NCBI GenBank assembly: GCA_965603825.1
Contig: CBFDEM010000064.1
Coordinates: 1-64,000, forward strand
DNA from: Blepharisma stoltei ATCC 30299
Taxonomy: Eukaryota; Protista; Ciliophora
Direction of reading: 5' to 3'
DNA length: 64,000 nucleotides
Below are positions 52,913 to 64,000 of this stretch, in pieces. The translations under genes and the position numbers were made by a program. Position 1 is the first letter of the stretch. Each line of letters opens with the position of its first letter. Under the pieces are notes generated by a model. The model was not told the DNA's origin and did not search any database. It saw nothing but the letters and a program-made list of their open reading frames with translations.

Positions 52913-53926
52913 ATGATTCATAAATCTGACAAACTCTCTGATACTCAAATATCTAAAAACTTTGAAAGCGATTTATCAGAAAAGCAAAATCAATTTCTTC
53001 ATGACTCCTCAAATCCGCAAAGTCCAAGCAAGTGTACTTTGGCCTCAAAAAAGTCTCTTTCCAATCTGCTTTTATGCACAAAATGTCTTAACACCTACAA
53101 TAATCAAGAATTTCTCCCAAAAGTCCTAATTTGTGGCCACACAATCTGCAGTCCCTGTTTATTCTCTTTAAGCTCAATAATTTGCCCTTTTTGCCAACAT
53201 GCCGACAAAAGAGACCCCACAAAAATTCCTGAAAATATTTACTTGAGAGAGCTGATAGAAGACTATGATCGAAAAATAATTGAAAATTATGATCATAAAA
53301 ATTATTGTAAAGAACACAGCAAAGAAATAGGAATTTACTGTGAAAATGATGAAAAATTTTTATGTTTTGACTGTATTATCAAGCATAAAGGGCATGATTT
53401 TCTGCCACTAACAGATCAAAAGTTGTTTGAGATGGCAGAAACTAATAGAAAATTTATACAGGATGCCAAAAATGAGTGCAAAAATAACATAGAAAATGGG
53501 GAAAAAGCTATAAAGGCAATTGAAGAAGAAGATTTAAAAATCGAGAAATTGGTAGAAGGCCATGTGCAAAATTATAATGAGATGAAAAATGATTTTATAG
53601 TGGCAATTATGAAGGCGACTTCATATTGTACTGGAACAATTGAAAATTATTTAGATATTCATGTGAAAAATCAAAAAGAAGTAGGATCGTTGAAATTTTT
53701 TGTAGAGATTTCATCGAAAAGCCTTCAAGATGTAGAGAAGATTGAGAAGGAGTATGAAAATAAAACTATTGTAGATAAAGTAGCCTGGAATAGAAATGAA
53801 ATTGAGAAAGTGCCTGATATTCCTAGTATAAAGCTAAATAATGAGATTGTTAGAGAATTAGAAAAGCCTAGAGATTATAGAAGTGATGTATTTGAAATAT
53901 TCAAGAAATTGATTAATGTTATTTAA
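52913..53926 (+). CDS. RING / B-box / coiled-coil (TRIM-like) protein
   Basis: CTKC..PKVLICGHTICSPC..CPFC; B-box CKEH..YCENDEKFLCFDC..HKGH. Confidence 0.85.
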   Translation: MIHKSDKLSDTQISKNFESDLSEKQNQFLHDSSNPQSPSKCTLASKKSLSNLLLCTKCLNTYNNQEFLPKVLICGHTICSPCLFSLSSIICPFCQHADKRDPTKIPENIYLRELIEDYDRKIIENYDHKNYCKEHSKEIGIYCENDEKFLCFDCIIKHKGHDFLPLTDQKLFEMAETNRKFIQDAKNECKNNIENGEKAIKAIEEEDLKIEKLVEGHVQNYNEMKNDFIVAIMKATSYCTGTIENYLDIHVKNQKEVGSLKFFVEISSKSLQDVEKIEKEYENKTIVDKVAWNRNEIEKVPDIPSIKLNNEIVRELEKPRDYRSDVFEIFKKLINVI

Positions 53927-54239
53927 TTATTGTTATTATTTAATTTTGAATAAGAAGTGAAAGAATAACTTAGTTATTATAATGATCTTATTTAAACTTT
54001 TTGTTTTTATTTATTTTGAACGATCACTCTTAAATGCAGTTCTTTTCAAATATTTTTGGGTTAAGACAGTCTAATTTTTTCGCAAAAAGGATTATTCAGG
54101 TACATATTTGATTGTGAAAGTCCAAGACGCTCTCATATAGTATAAAATTTTGTCTAAGAAGGAATTACAGATATTATAATAAAAATTATAATTTCTTTTA
54201 ATTGCATAACAATATTTTTATTAAATAAAATAATTAGAC

Positions 54240-56621
54240 TTAATTATCCCAAGTCTGTGATAAAGAGTCTATTAAATTTTGATTGTCCTTGCTTAAAGCG
54301 GCATTTTTAAAGCTTGTTTTATAAGCTGAAAATTCATTACTCATTGAAGATCAATGAATCAAATCTTTATCTGATTCTGCATCAATATTCCATACTTTTA
54401 GGGTCATATCACTGCTTGCAGAAATTAAGAAATTTCCGTTTAAATAAAACGTAAGATAATTGATTTCTCCTAAATGTCCATTTAATACTAAAATAATGCC
54501 TGTAGTTTCGACATCCCATACAAGGATTCTTTTATCTTTTTGTCCAGTGGCAGCTAGATATCTGCTGCTAAATGGAAAAAACAAAATGGTACTGACATAG
54601 TCATGAAGTCCTTTCAATCTTTCAATATATTCAGAATTTTCTGTTTTAATAAGACTCACATCGCTATCGTAACTGAAAGCTATGATTGTTGCACACTCAG
54701 AAGCAACTAAAACATTTCAATTTGGTGAGAGCTTGGTTTCATTTATTTTCATACCAGATTTAATGTCTCACAAAATGGCAAGCCCTTTCATTCTGTGAGC
54801 TGTAAGTAAATACCTACCATTATGAGATAGTAAAAATCCAGTCACATACTCCTCACAATTTATCGTTTGAATGCTCGGACCTAAAATAATATCGAAAATA
54901 TAGATTATTGACCCTCTGTAGTTGTAAGCAAAAAATCTCCCGCAAGGAGAAATAGTGAATAAGGTTACTCGAGATCTTAATTTTCTCAGCAAAATCTTTT
55001 CATAATTTGTTGTTGCTTTTAGTCTGTTTCTATAAGTTCAGTTACTTCAAAATTCATACTTTTTAGTATACCTATTTATTTTTCAATCTTTTTCAATATC
55101 TCACTCAATTGTCTCATTGTTTTTGTCTATTGATGTAATAATTTTTTCATCATGGGAAACTGAAATATATTCAACTAATGAGGAAGTCCCTATAAATGGT
55201 TTTGCTTTAATTAATGAGTGATAATCATGAAGCAAGATCTCGCTTCCATGAGATATTGCTAGTAGTCCTAGGTTTGAAGACAGGACGCATCTGATAAATT
55301 TTGAAAAATAGCTACAATGATATTGATATACAAGAGTTTGGGTATTTATGTCTCATAATTTTATTGATCTATCAAAAGATGACGTTGCAGCCAAACCTTT
55401 AGTAGAGTCTGTAGAAATTGATGTTATAGCAGCATTTATGTGAGCCTTTATTGCTATTTTATTATCTAATTTCATATTTCAAACATATAATACTCCATTA
55501 CTGTCGCCTAAAATCAAAATATTATCACTTAAGCATGAACACCTTGTGCTCCCCCCAGTTCTTGTTTTTCCAATTAGATTAAAATTTTTAATTTCGTATA
55601 ATCAAACTTCGCAGTTTAACACTTCTATTATAATTTTTCCACATTTTGAAAATAAAGCAAAGTCAATATGGTTATTTGAATAATATTCTGGCTCTCTTGT
55701 TTGTAAATCTACCAAGCATCCTTTTCCATCAGAAATTGCTAATAAAAAATTCCCGCAAGGCGAATAAGCAATATCTACCAAATTATCAATCGTAAATACT
55801 AATACTTGACGTTTCCTTTCTATATTCCAAATGCAAACTTCAGAAACTTCAGTCCCTACCGCAATATACTTTTCACATGGAGAAAAAGCAATGCCCTTAC
55901 TCATTCAACCATCAATTATCAATATCCTCTTTCACGTTTTTGTCTCCCAAATAGAAACTTTTGTAGAGCACGCAAAATATTTTCCTGAAGGAGAAAATAA
56001 AATATCAAAATAATCTGCCACTGTTTTTAATGATTTTAATTTCCCAAATTGAGCTTTAGAAAGATTGCAGTTTTCCAAATTTGAGTAATAAAAATAAGAG
56101 TTACTTAAGTTACACCTGCTTAAATCACTATCTCCTAGGTCGACATTAATAAAATTGCATCCTGATAAATCTGATTTTGGGACTTTAATCCCATTTAAGG
56201 ATTTATTTTTGAAATTATAGTTTGAGTAATTTAGAATTGTGATGGCGTTGCTTGCTGCTATCTGTAGCTCAGGAAATTGTTTTGAGGAAAGCACAACTTT
56301 ATATAGCTTTTCTAATTGTTTTTCTGTTAAAAACTCTTGGAAATATTTGCTGTATAATTTGATGTTTTCAGATATATTTACTTTGTTGAAATAGCTTAAT
56401 AAAATATCCTCATTACTTTGAAAAGCAGATATATCACAAGCAATTTTATGAGTGATCATATAATCTAAAGCCTTTTTAGAAATAGGTTTGTGTTGAAATA
56501 TATTGCGAGTGAAGCTTAATTTGAGTTTTTGCTCTTTATTCATGAGCTCTGAAGTAGTTTTTATTAGAAAGCTTTTCTCTTTCATGTCTCTACACAAATA
56601 TTTCTTATTTCTATAATCCAT
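54240..56621 (-). CDS. Pentapeptide-repeat plus WD40 protein, 793 aa
   Basis: AASNAITILN, pentapeptide repeats (SDLSGCNFINVDLGDSDLS), then WD repeats. One frame with many TGA at WD Trp positions (e.g. IKL-W-D). Confidence 0.85.
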
Positions 56622-56857
56622 GAAGATTTAATTATGCATATTTAACGAGCTTTGAAAATCAGAAGTGATCAGCATAATTTTGGTTTATGGCTGAATAAAT
56701 TAAATGAAAAGCCTTGCTTAGTAGTTAAAAAAGCATTTATAAAGCACCAATATATATGAGCAACTCAAATCCGATTTTTTTATAGGAGCTATCGCTTTTA
56801 ACACTCTGAAATCCTTATCTAATGGCAATTAGTCAAATCTATCTTCTCAAATACTAA

Positions 56858-57382
56858 TTATTTAAATAAAAAAATTTTTGATTCTTCTTCATCACTACTT
56901 GTATACTCCTTCATTTCCTGCTCTTCAACACCGCCTATTTCATCCAGCAGTTCATCTTCGTCGATGTTCTCTAAATGCCCATATGGTTCTCCGATTTCTA
57001 GGGTTATTTTTCTTATTCACTCATCACATTGCTCAGACTCAGTTTTTAAACGTTCAAATGTATCAACTTCCCCACCCTTATTTTCAGTAAATTTACCCAA
57101 GCTTATACATTCCATTACATATAAAAATCCTTCGATTTTGTTTCTTTTGTCTTCAAGATTTAGCATTTTTCTTTCGTAAAACTTTTTAAGTTTTATACAG
57201 AATGAAGTTCCTTTTTGGTCTCCTTTTTGTTTTTTGTGAGCTATAATGTCATTTTGGTTTTTTATTTTGGCTTGAAGATTTGATGTCTGAGTGTCGATAG
57301 AAACAAGAGAATTTCTAAAAGTTGTGTGAAGTTTTAAAAGCTCGCCTGGTTTGAGGAGCTTTTCTCTGGATATGGAAATCAT
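56858..57382 (-). CDS. Divergent Snf7/ESCRT-III-like protein
   Basis: Basic N-half (KLKKFYERKMLNLE) and acidic C-half (IDEDELLDEI...EEQE) after TGA 57017-57019. Confidence 0.5.
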
Positions 57383-57858
57383 CTAATGTAGTTATTATTT
57401 AAAATTATAGACATATTGTAAAAAATTAAAATGGTTTAATTACTTTAAAGAAATTATGTGAAGAATTGTTTAAGAAAAGAAGATAAACTTTCTGAACTTT
57501 CAGCAGATAATTTTTAAAGTCCAAATTTCAAAGGGAATTTTATGAGTATTGGTTTGTCAAAAAAGGACTAAAAATAAAGAAAATAATTCACTAATCACCA
57601 AAAAGGATAAATTTCTTAAAATAACAATCTTTGCTCCTCATTAGAGTTTGGAGTAAGCTAAGGTTATATAGAATGAATGACCTCTAAATAAAGATAATTA
57701 CTTTAATCCCTAGCTAGTCTTGCTTAATAACGAATAATTTTTATTATTTTTTGACTGAAAATTCTTAAATCTTAAAAATTGTTTTGCTTTTAGAAAGAAG
57801 AAAATTATATTCAATTTTTAATTCTGAAAGATTTTTAAACTAGAAATAACTCTAAATT

Positions 57859-59325
57859 CTAACTCAATTCATAATTGATTTGGCTAGTTTTTCTCTTAAT
57901 TTCTCCAAGAATCTCATTGCTCATTTCCCTTGCCTCTTTTTCATCCTTATCAAGTCTCATAGCTTCCCTAAAGCACTCTAGGGCTTCTTGTGCTTTCCCT
58001 AAAGACCTTAAACATACTCCTTTATTATAAAAGGCTACTGGAAATTCAGGATTGATTTTAATAGCATTATTATAATATTCAAGTGCTTTCCACCCATGAT
58101 TATGACTATCATAAAGAATCCCAATGTTATTGAATGCATGATACTGGTTTGGGTCAATTTTGATACATTCTTTATAGCATTTCAGTGCATCCTCTTTACG
58201 GTTTAATTCTTCCAAAGAAAAACCTTTTTCTACATATGCACTGCTAAAAAGTGGATTTATTCTGACTACTCTGTTGCAGCAATCAATGGCTTCTTCGAAC
58301 CTTTTTAAGCGTTTTAGGGCTTCAGCTTTATAGTAATAGCCAAAAATATTATCAGGATTCAGCTCTATGAATTTATTGTAGCTAGAAATACTATCTTCTC
58401 CTCTATTTAGGCCTTCAAGTATCAAGCCATTGCTTAAGTGCACAATTGAGTATTGAGGAGCAAGCCTTGAAAGCTCAGTAAAGCAAGAAATGGCTTCTTC
58501 TTTTTTGTTTAGATTGTTAAGAACTATTGCTTTATAATATTGAGCGTCTTTATAGTCTGGCTTCAATTTCAATGCAAAGTTAAATTTTTCAAGCGCGTCT
58601 TTATTTCGGCAGAGAATATGATATATAATACCTCGTTTAAAATAGTAATAAGCACTGCTTGGATTCGATTTACAGTCTTCATCCCACGATTTAATAAATT
58701 CTTCTCATTTTTCTAGCTCTTCAGTAGATTTATCTGATCAGCTTTTACTTTCTTTATTTCGATTTAGCCTAGTCTTTGAAGACCTTTCACTTGAAGCAGT
58801 AAAAGCATTGAGTTCTTCAATAATTTCTCCTGCAAAGGTATTAGCTGTAAGGATTTTATTTAATTTTATATCATGATCGCAATTCAGAAATTCCAAACTT
58901 TGGATTGCTTCATTTAGATCTAATGTTAGATGCTTAAGCAAATTGTCAGTTTCAAGCTTGGAAATCTTGTTGGCACTTATAACTGAGCAAAGCTGGTTAT
59001 CTGTATAAATAAATTCGTCATCTAAAATTTGCAAATTATCATTTAATGTTTTTCTCAAATTCAAAATTAATTGAAAAAAGATCCTCAGGGATTCTAGCTT
59101 TATTTCATTGATTTTTAACTTTTTTTCAACTAAAATTTTGATTATGGCTTGTTTGGTTTGAGAGTTTGCTTCTGCAAGAAGCGGCTGAATATCATGAGAA
59201 AGCTCAGATGATTTTGAATGCTTAATAATGTGAGCCTTGCAAATAAGGGTGTGTGGAGAAGTGCACTTACAAAAAAGCTTGGCTTTTTGAGCGCATTTCG
59301 GATAAAAACACATATGATTTTCCAT
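57859..59325 (-). CDS. Cys/His Zn-binding N-terminus plus coiled coil plus TPR protein, 488 aa
   Basis: C-x4-C-x7-C-x-C-x8-C-x2-H-x3-H N-terminus and TPR array; joined by two TGA-Trp codons. Confidence 0.85.
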
Positions 59326-59561
59326 ATATATTTCAAAGATTTAAATTTTGATTTATTATTTTACTTAAAAAGATTATTTTAAATCTTTAGCCAGCTCAAA
59401 TCTATAACATTTTGATTAAAAATCTTTCATAAGAAGCATTTTTGGAGCAATTAAAAATAAGCAGCTCAATTGATAAAGATATCTCAATTTAAATTTACTT
59501 CTTTAGGATTAGCTAGCTCTGTAATATAAATTTAAATATATGCCATATATAAAGATACAAA

Positions 59562-62500
59562 CTAGCGCTCTGTTAAATTTTCTTTACTTTCTAATTCATT
59601 TTGAACAAAATTGGTTTCGCACAAAACCTCTTGCCTAACTTTATTGATCTCCTTGGCGCTAACTTTTTTTCCAAAAGAAAATCTAACTAGCAGACTGATA
59701 TCGAATTGTTTTCCAGCATCAAGTAAGCTGGGATAATATTTACAGTTCATATATATTCCAGCGATAAGCATTGATGACCACCCAAGGTATTGGAGTGCAA
59801 ATCATACATTATCTAGTTTATTAGGGTAAGTCCAATATAAGGACGAAATAATAGCACTTCATATCAATGCAGAATACGAAATATTTGTCCATAAATTACA
59901 CCTATGGTAATTATAAAATTTTTTCTTCCGTAAAATCAGGAAAAACAAGATAAAGGATACAATGTAAATAAACCCATATAAAGATTGATTAAAGGGTTTT
60001 AGGATTTTATTTAAGATGACAATGACAACTTGAAGCATTGCTTTTGAAATCAGGTAAAGAGGAGAAACTCTTATATTGATATGGTCATTCGAGTAGTTTC
60101 AATAGGGCTTCAAGAAAATTGCAAGTGGCAAATAAATAATTAAAATAGAAATTGAGAGTGCGCCAATGTATAAATGAGTATCTTTTCAGCAAAAAATTGA
60201 GCAGTCTCATCTCACAAAACTATTTGAAAGCTCATTACCAATAGCTTGATCGCACTGAACTATACTTATTAAAAATGATACAATAGGTAGAAATAAAATA
60301 TTACCGAGAATCAAAACTAATGTTTGAGCAAAATCTCCTAAAAAATAAAAAATAAAGAACGAATATTTCGCATCAACCGCTAAAAGTATATTTAAGCTGA
60401 TATAAATTCATGTCCCTGCAGCACCTAAAATTATATATGTTAAATACCAAAATTTATTTTTTTCTATCATTCAATTTAAGTTCAAAGCAACATAGCCAGC
60501 AAGTAAGCTGGAATATTCATCATATTCTTTTATATCAGGACTCATAGCTAAAAATTGTAAAAAGTTTATAAAAATGATCAAGTGTTCAAGATAGTCTTCA
60601 AATTTTGCTTGTGTTTTAACACTTAGATTAACAATTCTAATGTGCTTTCAGCTTTTCCATGCAAAGCAGGTTGCCATAGCTGCGATAATAAGCACAAAAA
60701 AACAAAAGCCATAGAGAATAGCTGCACCTTTAGTCGAATATTCAATTAATTTTTCATCAAAAGGACATTCTCCTTCCATAATCATATCAGACGGATAAGT
60801 GGTAGTTGTATTATCATTTCATATTATTGTTTGATAAAAAGAAAAGAGCTGGGTGCTGCCTCAATCATATTTTCCGACAAGATAGTCGTCCAATGAGTTT
60901 TGCTTTTCGTCCCACCTAAAATTAAATACTCCCATCAGTCCTGTGCTTCTATCATTAGATCCAGGAGCTATTGAGACAGTTCCTGAGCAGCCTGTAAACT
61001 TTTGCTTTCTCAGATTCGAGTTCAAGATTGAGGAATCTTCTATATTATTTCCTTGAGTAATTGTATATTTAATGCCATTTGCCAATAGCATTGCAGAGTC
61101 AAAAGAAAAGCACCTGTAGACTAGAGCATCTCCTCGGGAGCTGTGCTGCTTTTCAATACTGTTTTTAACCTGTTTCCCATATTCTCCTACTCAGTCAATT
61201 TGATCAATAATTATACAATTAAAAAATAGTTCATTCAGCTTGTGTATTTGGGTTGGGTCTGTTTCAGTTAATGTATAAAAAGTAACTTTGGCAAAGTGTA
61301 AAAGCAAAAAATTGTTTCTTCTAAAACCAAGATCATATAAATCTTCCATAAAGTAAAACAGCCATGGTGGTGAGATTAAAAGAATATAAATTCTGACGTT
61401 TGAATTGAGGGCTTTTAGTAGCCATGGCTTATACCTTTCAAAATCACTGTGCCGATAATTAGCATTAATCATCCTTTCATTTCTATCATTTTCAATTTTG
61501 ATATTTGACTTATTCACCAATGCTTCAAAATAGTTATAGATTGCGACATTTGGAAGAGAATTAATATAATACACATTGATATGCTTTCAATTGAACACTG
61601 ATAAAAGACTGAACAGCACACCTACATTGAATCTTTGCTCCTTATAAACTCTCATAAATTCAGGAAACATAGCTTCATCAGTTAATTCCACGTGTGGAGC
61701 AAACTCTGATATATGAGGGATCGAAACATTAAATTTACGAAGGGTATTGATGTATCCTACACAAGCACTTGTAGCGTAGCTTGTTAAAAAGCCAACTCCA
61801 AGGCGGTCTTTTACCTTGCTGAAGCAGTTAAAGGCGAAAGTTGCGTTGTAGACATCTGCTCCACAATCTGTGTGCACAACCTGAAACTCAAATCCGTCAA
61901 AAAAATGGGAGGTTACTATATATTCTAATGCGTAATTTGCTCCTCATTTTATTGCACTTCCATAAGCGCTATCTGGGAAACCTGGATTGGTGTCCCCATC
62001 TGCCATAGATATAGGAATACTTGTAATTGGGGAATTAGGAAATAGGGTGGAATTTCCAGGAAATATGATCTGGCTGGCTATTGTGGCTTCATTATGGAAA
62101 ATTTCGCCTACTTTAGCTCATTTATTATTTTGTACATTCAGCAAAGAAAACCTTGGAAGCGGGTGATGCTCAAAAGTTTCTTTTTCTAAAAGATCTCTCA
62201 ATGACTCTCTATTTTGCCCTTCGCTGAAATTTAAAATCAATCGAATAAAACTTATACAGCTTAAGGATTCATAACTTATATAATCAAATGAGTTTTCTAA
62301 ACCTTCCTCGACATATGCCAAAATACCATTTTCATCAGTGCCTCAAAAACTTTTGCTTCCCAAAACTACCCCGCTGCCAAAATTAAAAATATTTTTTTCT
62401 TTTAAACTTTGCAATAATCATTTTGCACTTTCCCCATCCGCTAAAATGACGATATTTCTTGTACCAATTTTTTTAATTGCTTTTCCCACAAATAAATCAG

Positions 62501-63005
62501 CCAAATTTTGGTCTTTGGTGTTAGCACATATAAAAAAGCTGACTGTTTTATTCGGAAACTCATAGGGAATTTGTTTTTGCAATTCATCAGAAAGCACAAT
62601 AAATTTATTTCAATTTAAAAAATCAACAAGGGTTGAAAGCGCATTTTGATGCGCTTTTGATGAGTAGTGGGTAAAAAACCTCCAATCACTGTAAGAGTTT
62701 TCAATATTTTCAAGACTGATTACTATTGATTGGATTTGACTCGCGAAGCTATTGATGCACTCAGCCAAAGAAAAGCTTGAAGTCAAGTCAATTATGGCTT
62801 GTATGTCTCCGTCTTGATGCAAAATGTCAGAGCAAGAAGATATTAATACATTCTTTAGAGTTATTTGGTCAGCAAAAGTTTGCAAAAGTGAGACTGATAA
62901 ACTATTTGCAAACTCTATGTCTGTCAAATTGCTATAAAATAATCCTATAAGCATTTGACACCTAATAATTTGGAAGAAAAAGCAAAAAATTCAATAAGCT
63001 TTCAT
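59562..63005 (-). CDS. Large membrane receptor-like protein: ANF-receptor/periplasmic-binding-like ectodomain plus multi-pass TM module, ~1147 aa
   Basis: All six minus-strand fragments share one frame joined by TGA. Signal peptide; HTDCG, LFSLLSVFN-W-K, SFDSAMLLANGI, FTGCSGTVSI...DR; about 9 TM segments. Confidence 0.75.
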
Positions 63006-64000
63006 TTTTTATCACATTAGGTCAACGAAAAATTATCAGCCATTTTTCATCATATAAAAGAAGTTTTAACAAATTTTCAGCTGATGCATTGAAATTAAAA
63101 ATCTGAAAACTGTGAAATTTTTTCATATAAAAATTAACAATTTATGAATAATAAACCAATCCAAGCTAAAAATAAAAAAATAATTTTAATTTTTGGAATT
63201 AATACCTAATCTGATATAAATGTATTTTTATAAAGGAATGATTATTGATGGCATGACATTTGATTGACATGGTTTGATAAAGTGACAAATAAAATTAAAA
63301 TATAATGATCTTTGGATTTTCTAGTCTACTGACCAAGAGTTCTTCTCTTTTATATTTTGGATATTAAAGAAACTCTATCTGGAATTAAAGTTAATGCGCT
63401 CATCAATGGATATCCTTTTATGTGGATTTTTTCTGCTTTAAGATTATACAATTCTGCAGGCTTTAAATCTATCTTATAAAACAACTTTTTTGCATCTTTA
63501 TTGTAATAGTGCTGGCCGAGTTTATAGCGTTTTTCTTCATGCTCTATTCTTTTGCATACAGACCAAGAATTGATTCTTTTGCCCCTTAGTTGAAGGTGTA
63601 AAATAATCAGAATGCTCTTTGTCTAAATTAAAGCCAGCATATCTAAATGAAAGGAAAACTTTAAAATATAGCTTACAAATAAGTAAGCATTAAAGTTAGT
63701 GAGCATCGCGGGACCATAACCCATCCCTAAAGCCACATAAGGATTTCATCACAAAGGAGAAGGTTATGACTTTTCATCAAGTAGATCAAAATTCTCACTA
63801 GAACAGAAAAGAAACTTTATTTAACTGAATGCGAATATGGATCTATCCTATGAAAGCGAGACTGAAAATGATAAAACCTCGAGACGAATTGTTATCCAAA
63901 AATAATATATTAATGCATATCAAGTTTATAACGCCTATAATAAAGGAACAATCTATATTGGGCTCAGTGGCAACGAAATATATAATTGCAAGTTTTCTTT

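Noticed and set aside
63340-63790. Coding-like minus-strand stretch
   Set aside because: Interrupted by TAG, no clear start or domain; at most an unidentifiable relic.

Overview
Left end of a heterotrich ciliate chromosome, most likely macronuclear Blepharisma. Three signs point to this: a ~2.5 kb (CCCTAACA)n telomere; UGA read as Trp (seen at invariant Trp positions in enolase, DHHC, kinase, rhodanese, RCC1 and WD40 motifs), with UAA/UAG as stops; and 15-16 nt GT-AG introns with an invariant A at -6. The supplied ORF track used the standard code, so it fragments most genes; I rejoined them by hand. From 2.5 to 20 kb lies a subtelomeric zone of relics and tandem duplicates: a CNNM fragment, two 5'-truncated TPR genes and two ~1380-aa TM-PAS genes. 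From 20 to 54 kb is a very gene-dense housekeeping block containing a U2 snRNA gene, a GNAT, a MAP3K, a ferredoxin, two enolase-family genes, GCSH, a VSR, a DHHC, NBR1, a USP, RsmH, a sulfurtransferase, Rab11 plus a pseudogene copy, NDUFS6, a 7TM-pseudokinase, an RCC1 protein, CD2BP2, PYROXD2 and a TRIM-like gene. From 54 to 63 kb are members of lineage-expanded families. The best candidate for something new is an intact, apparently mitochondrion-targeted enolase whose catalytic acid and base are both substituted (E->Q, K->E), packed between a 2Fe-2S ferredoxin and GCSH. Also notable are the absence of UGA-Trp codons near true stops and a 7TM-pseudokinase fusion. All calls come from visual motif recognition; no searches were run.
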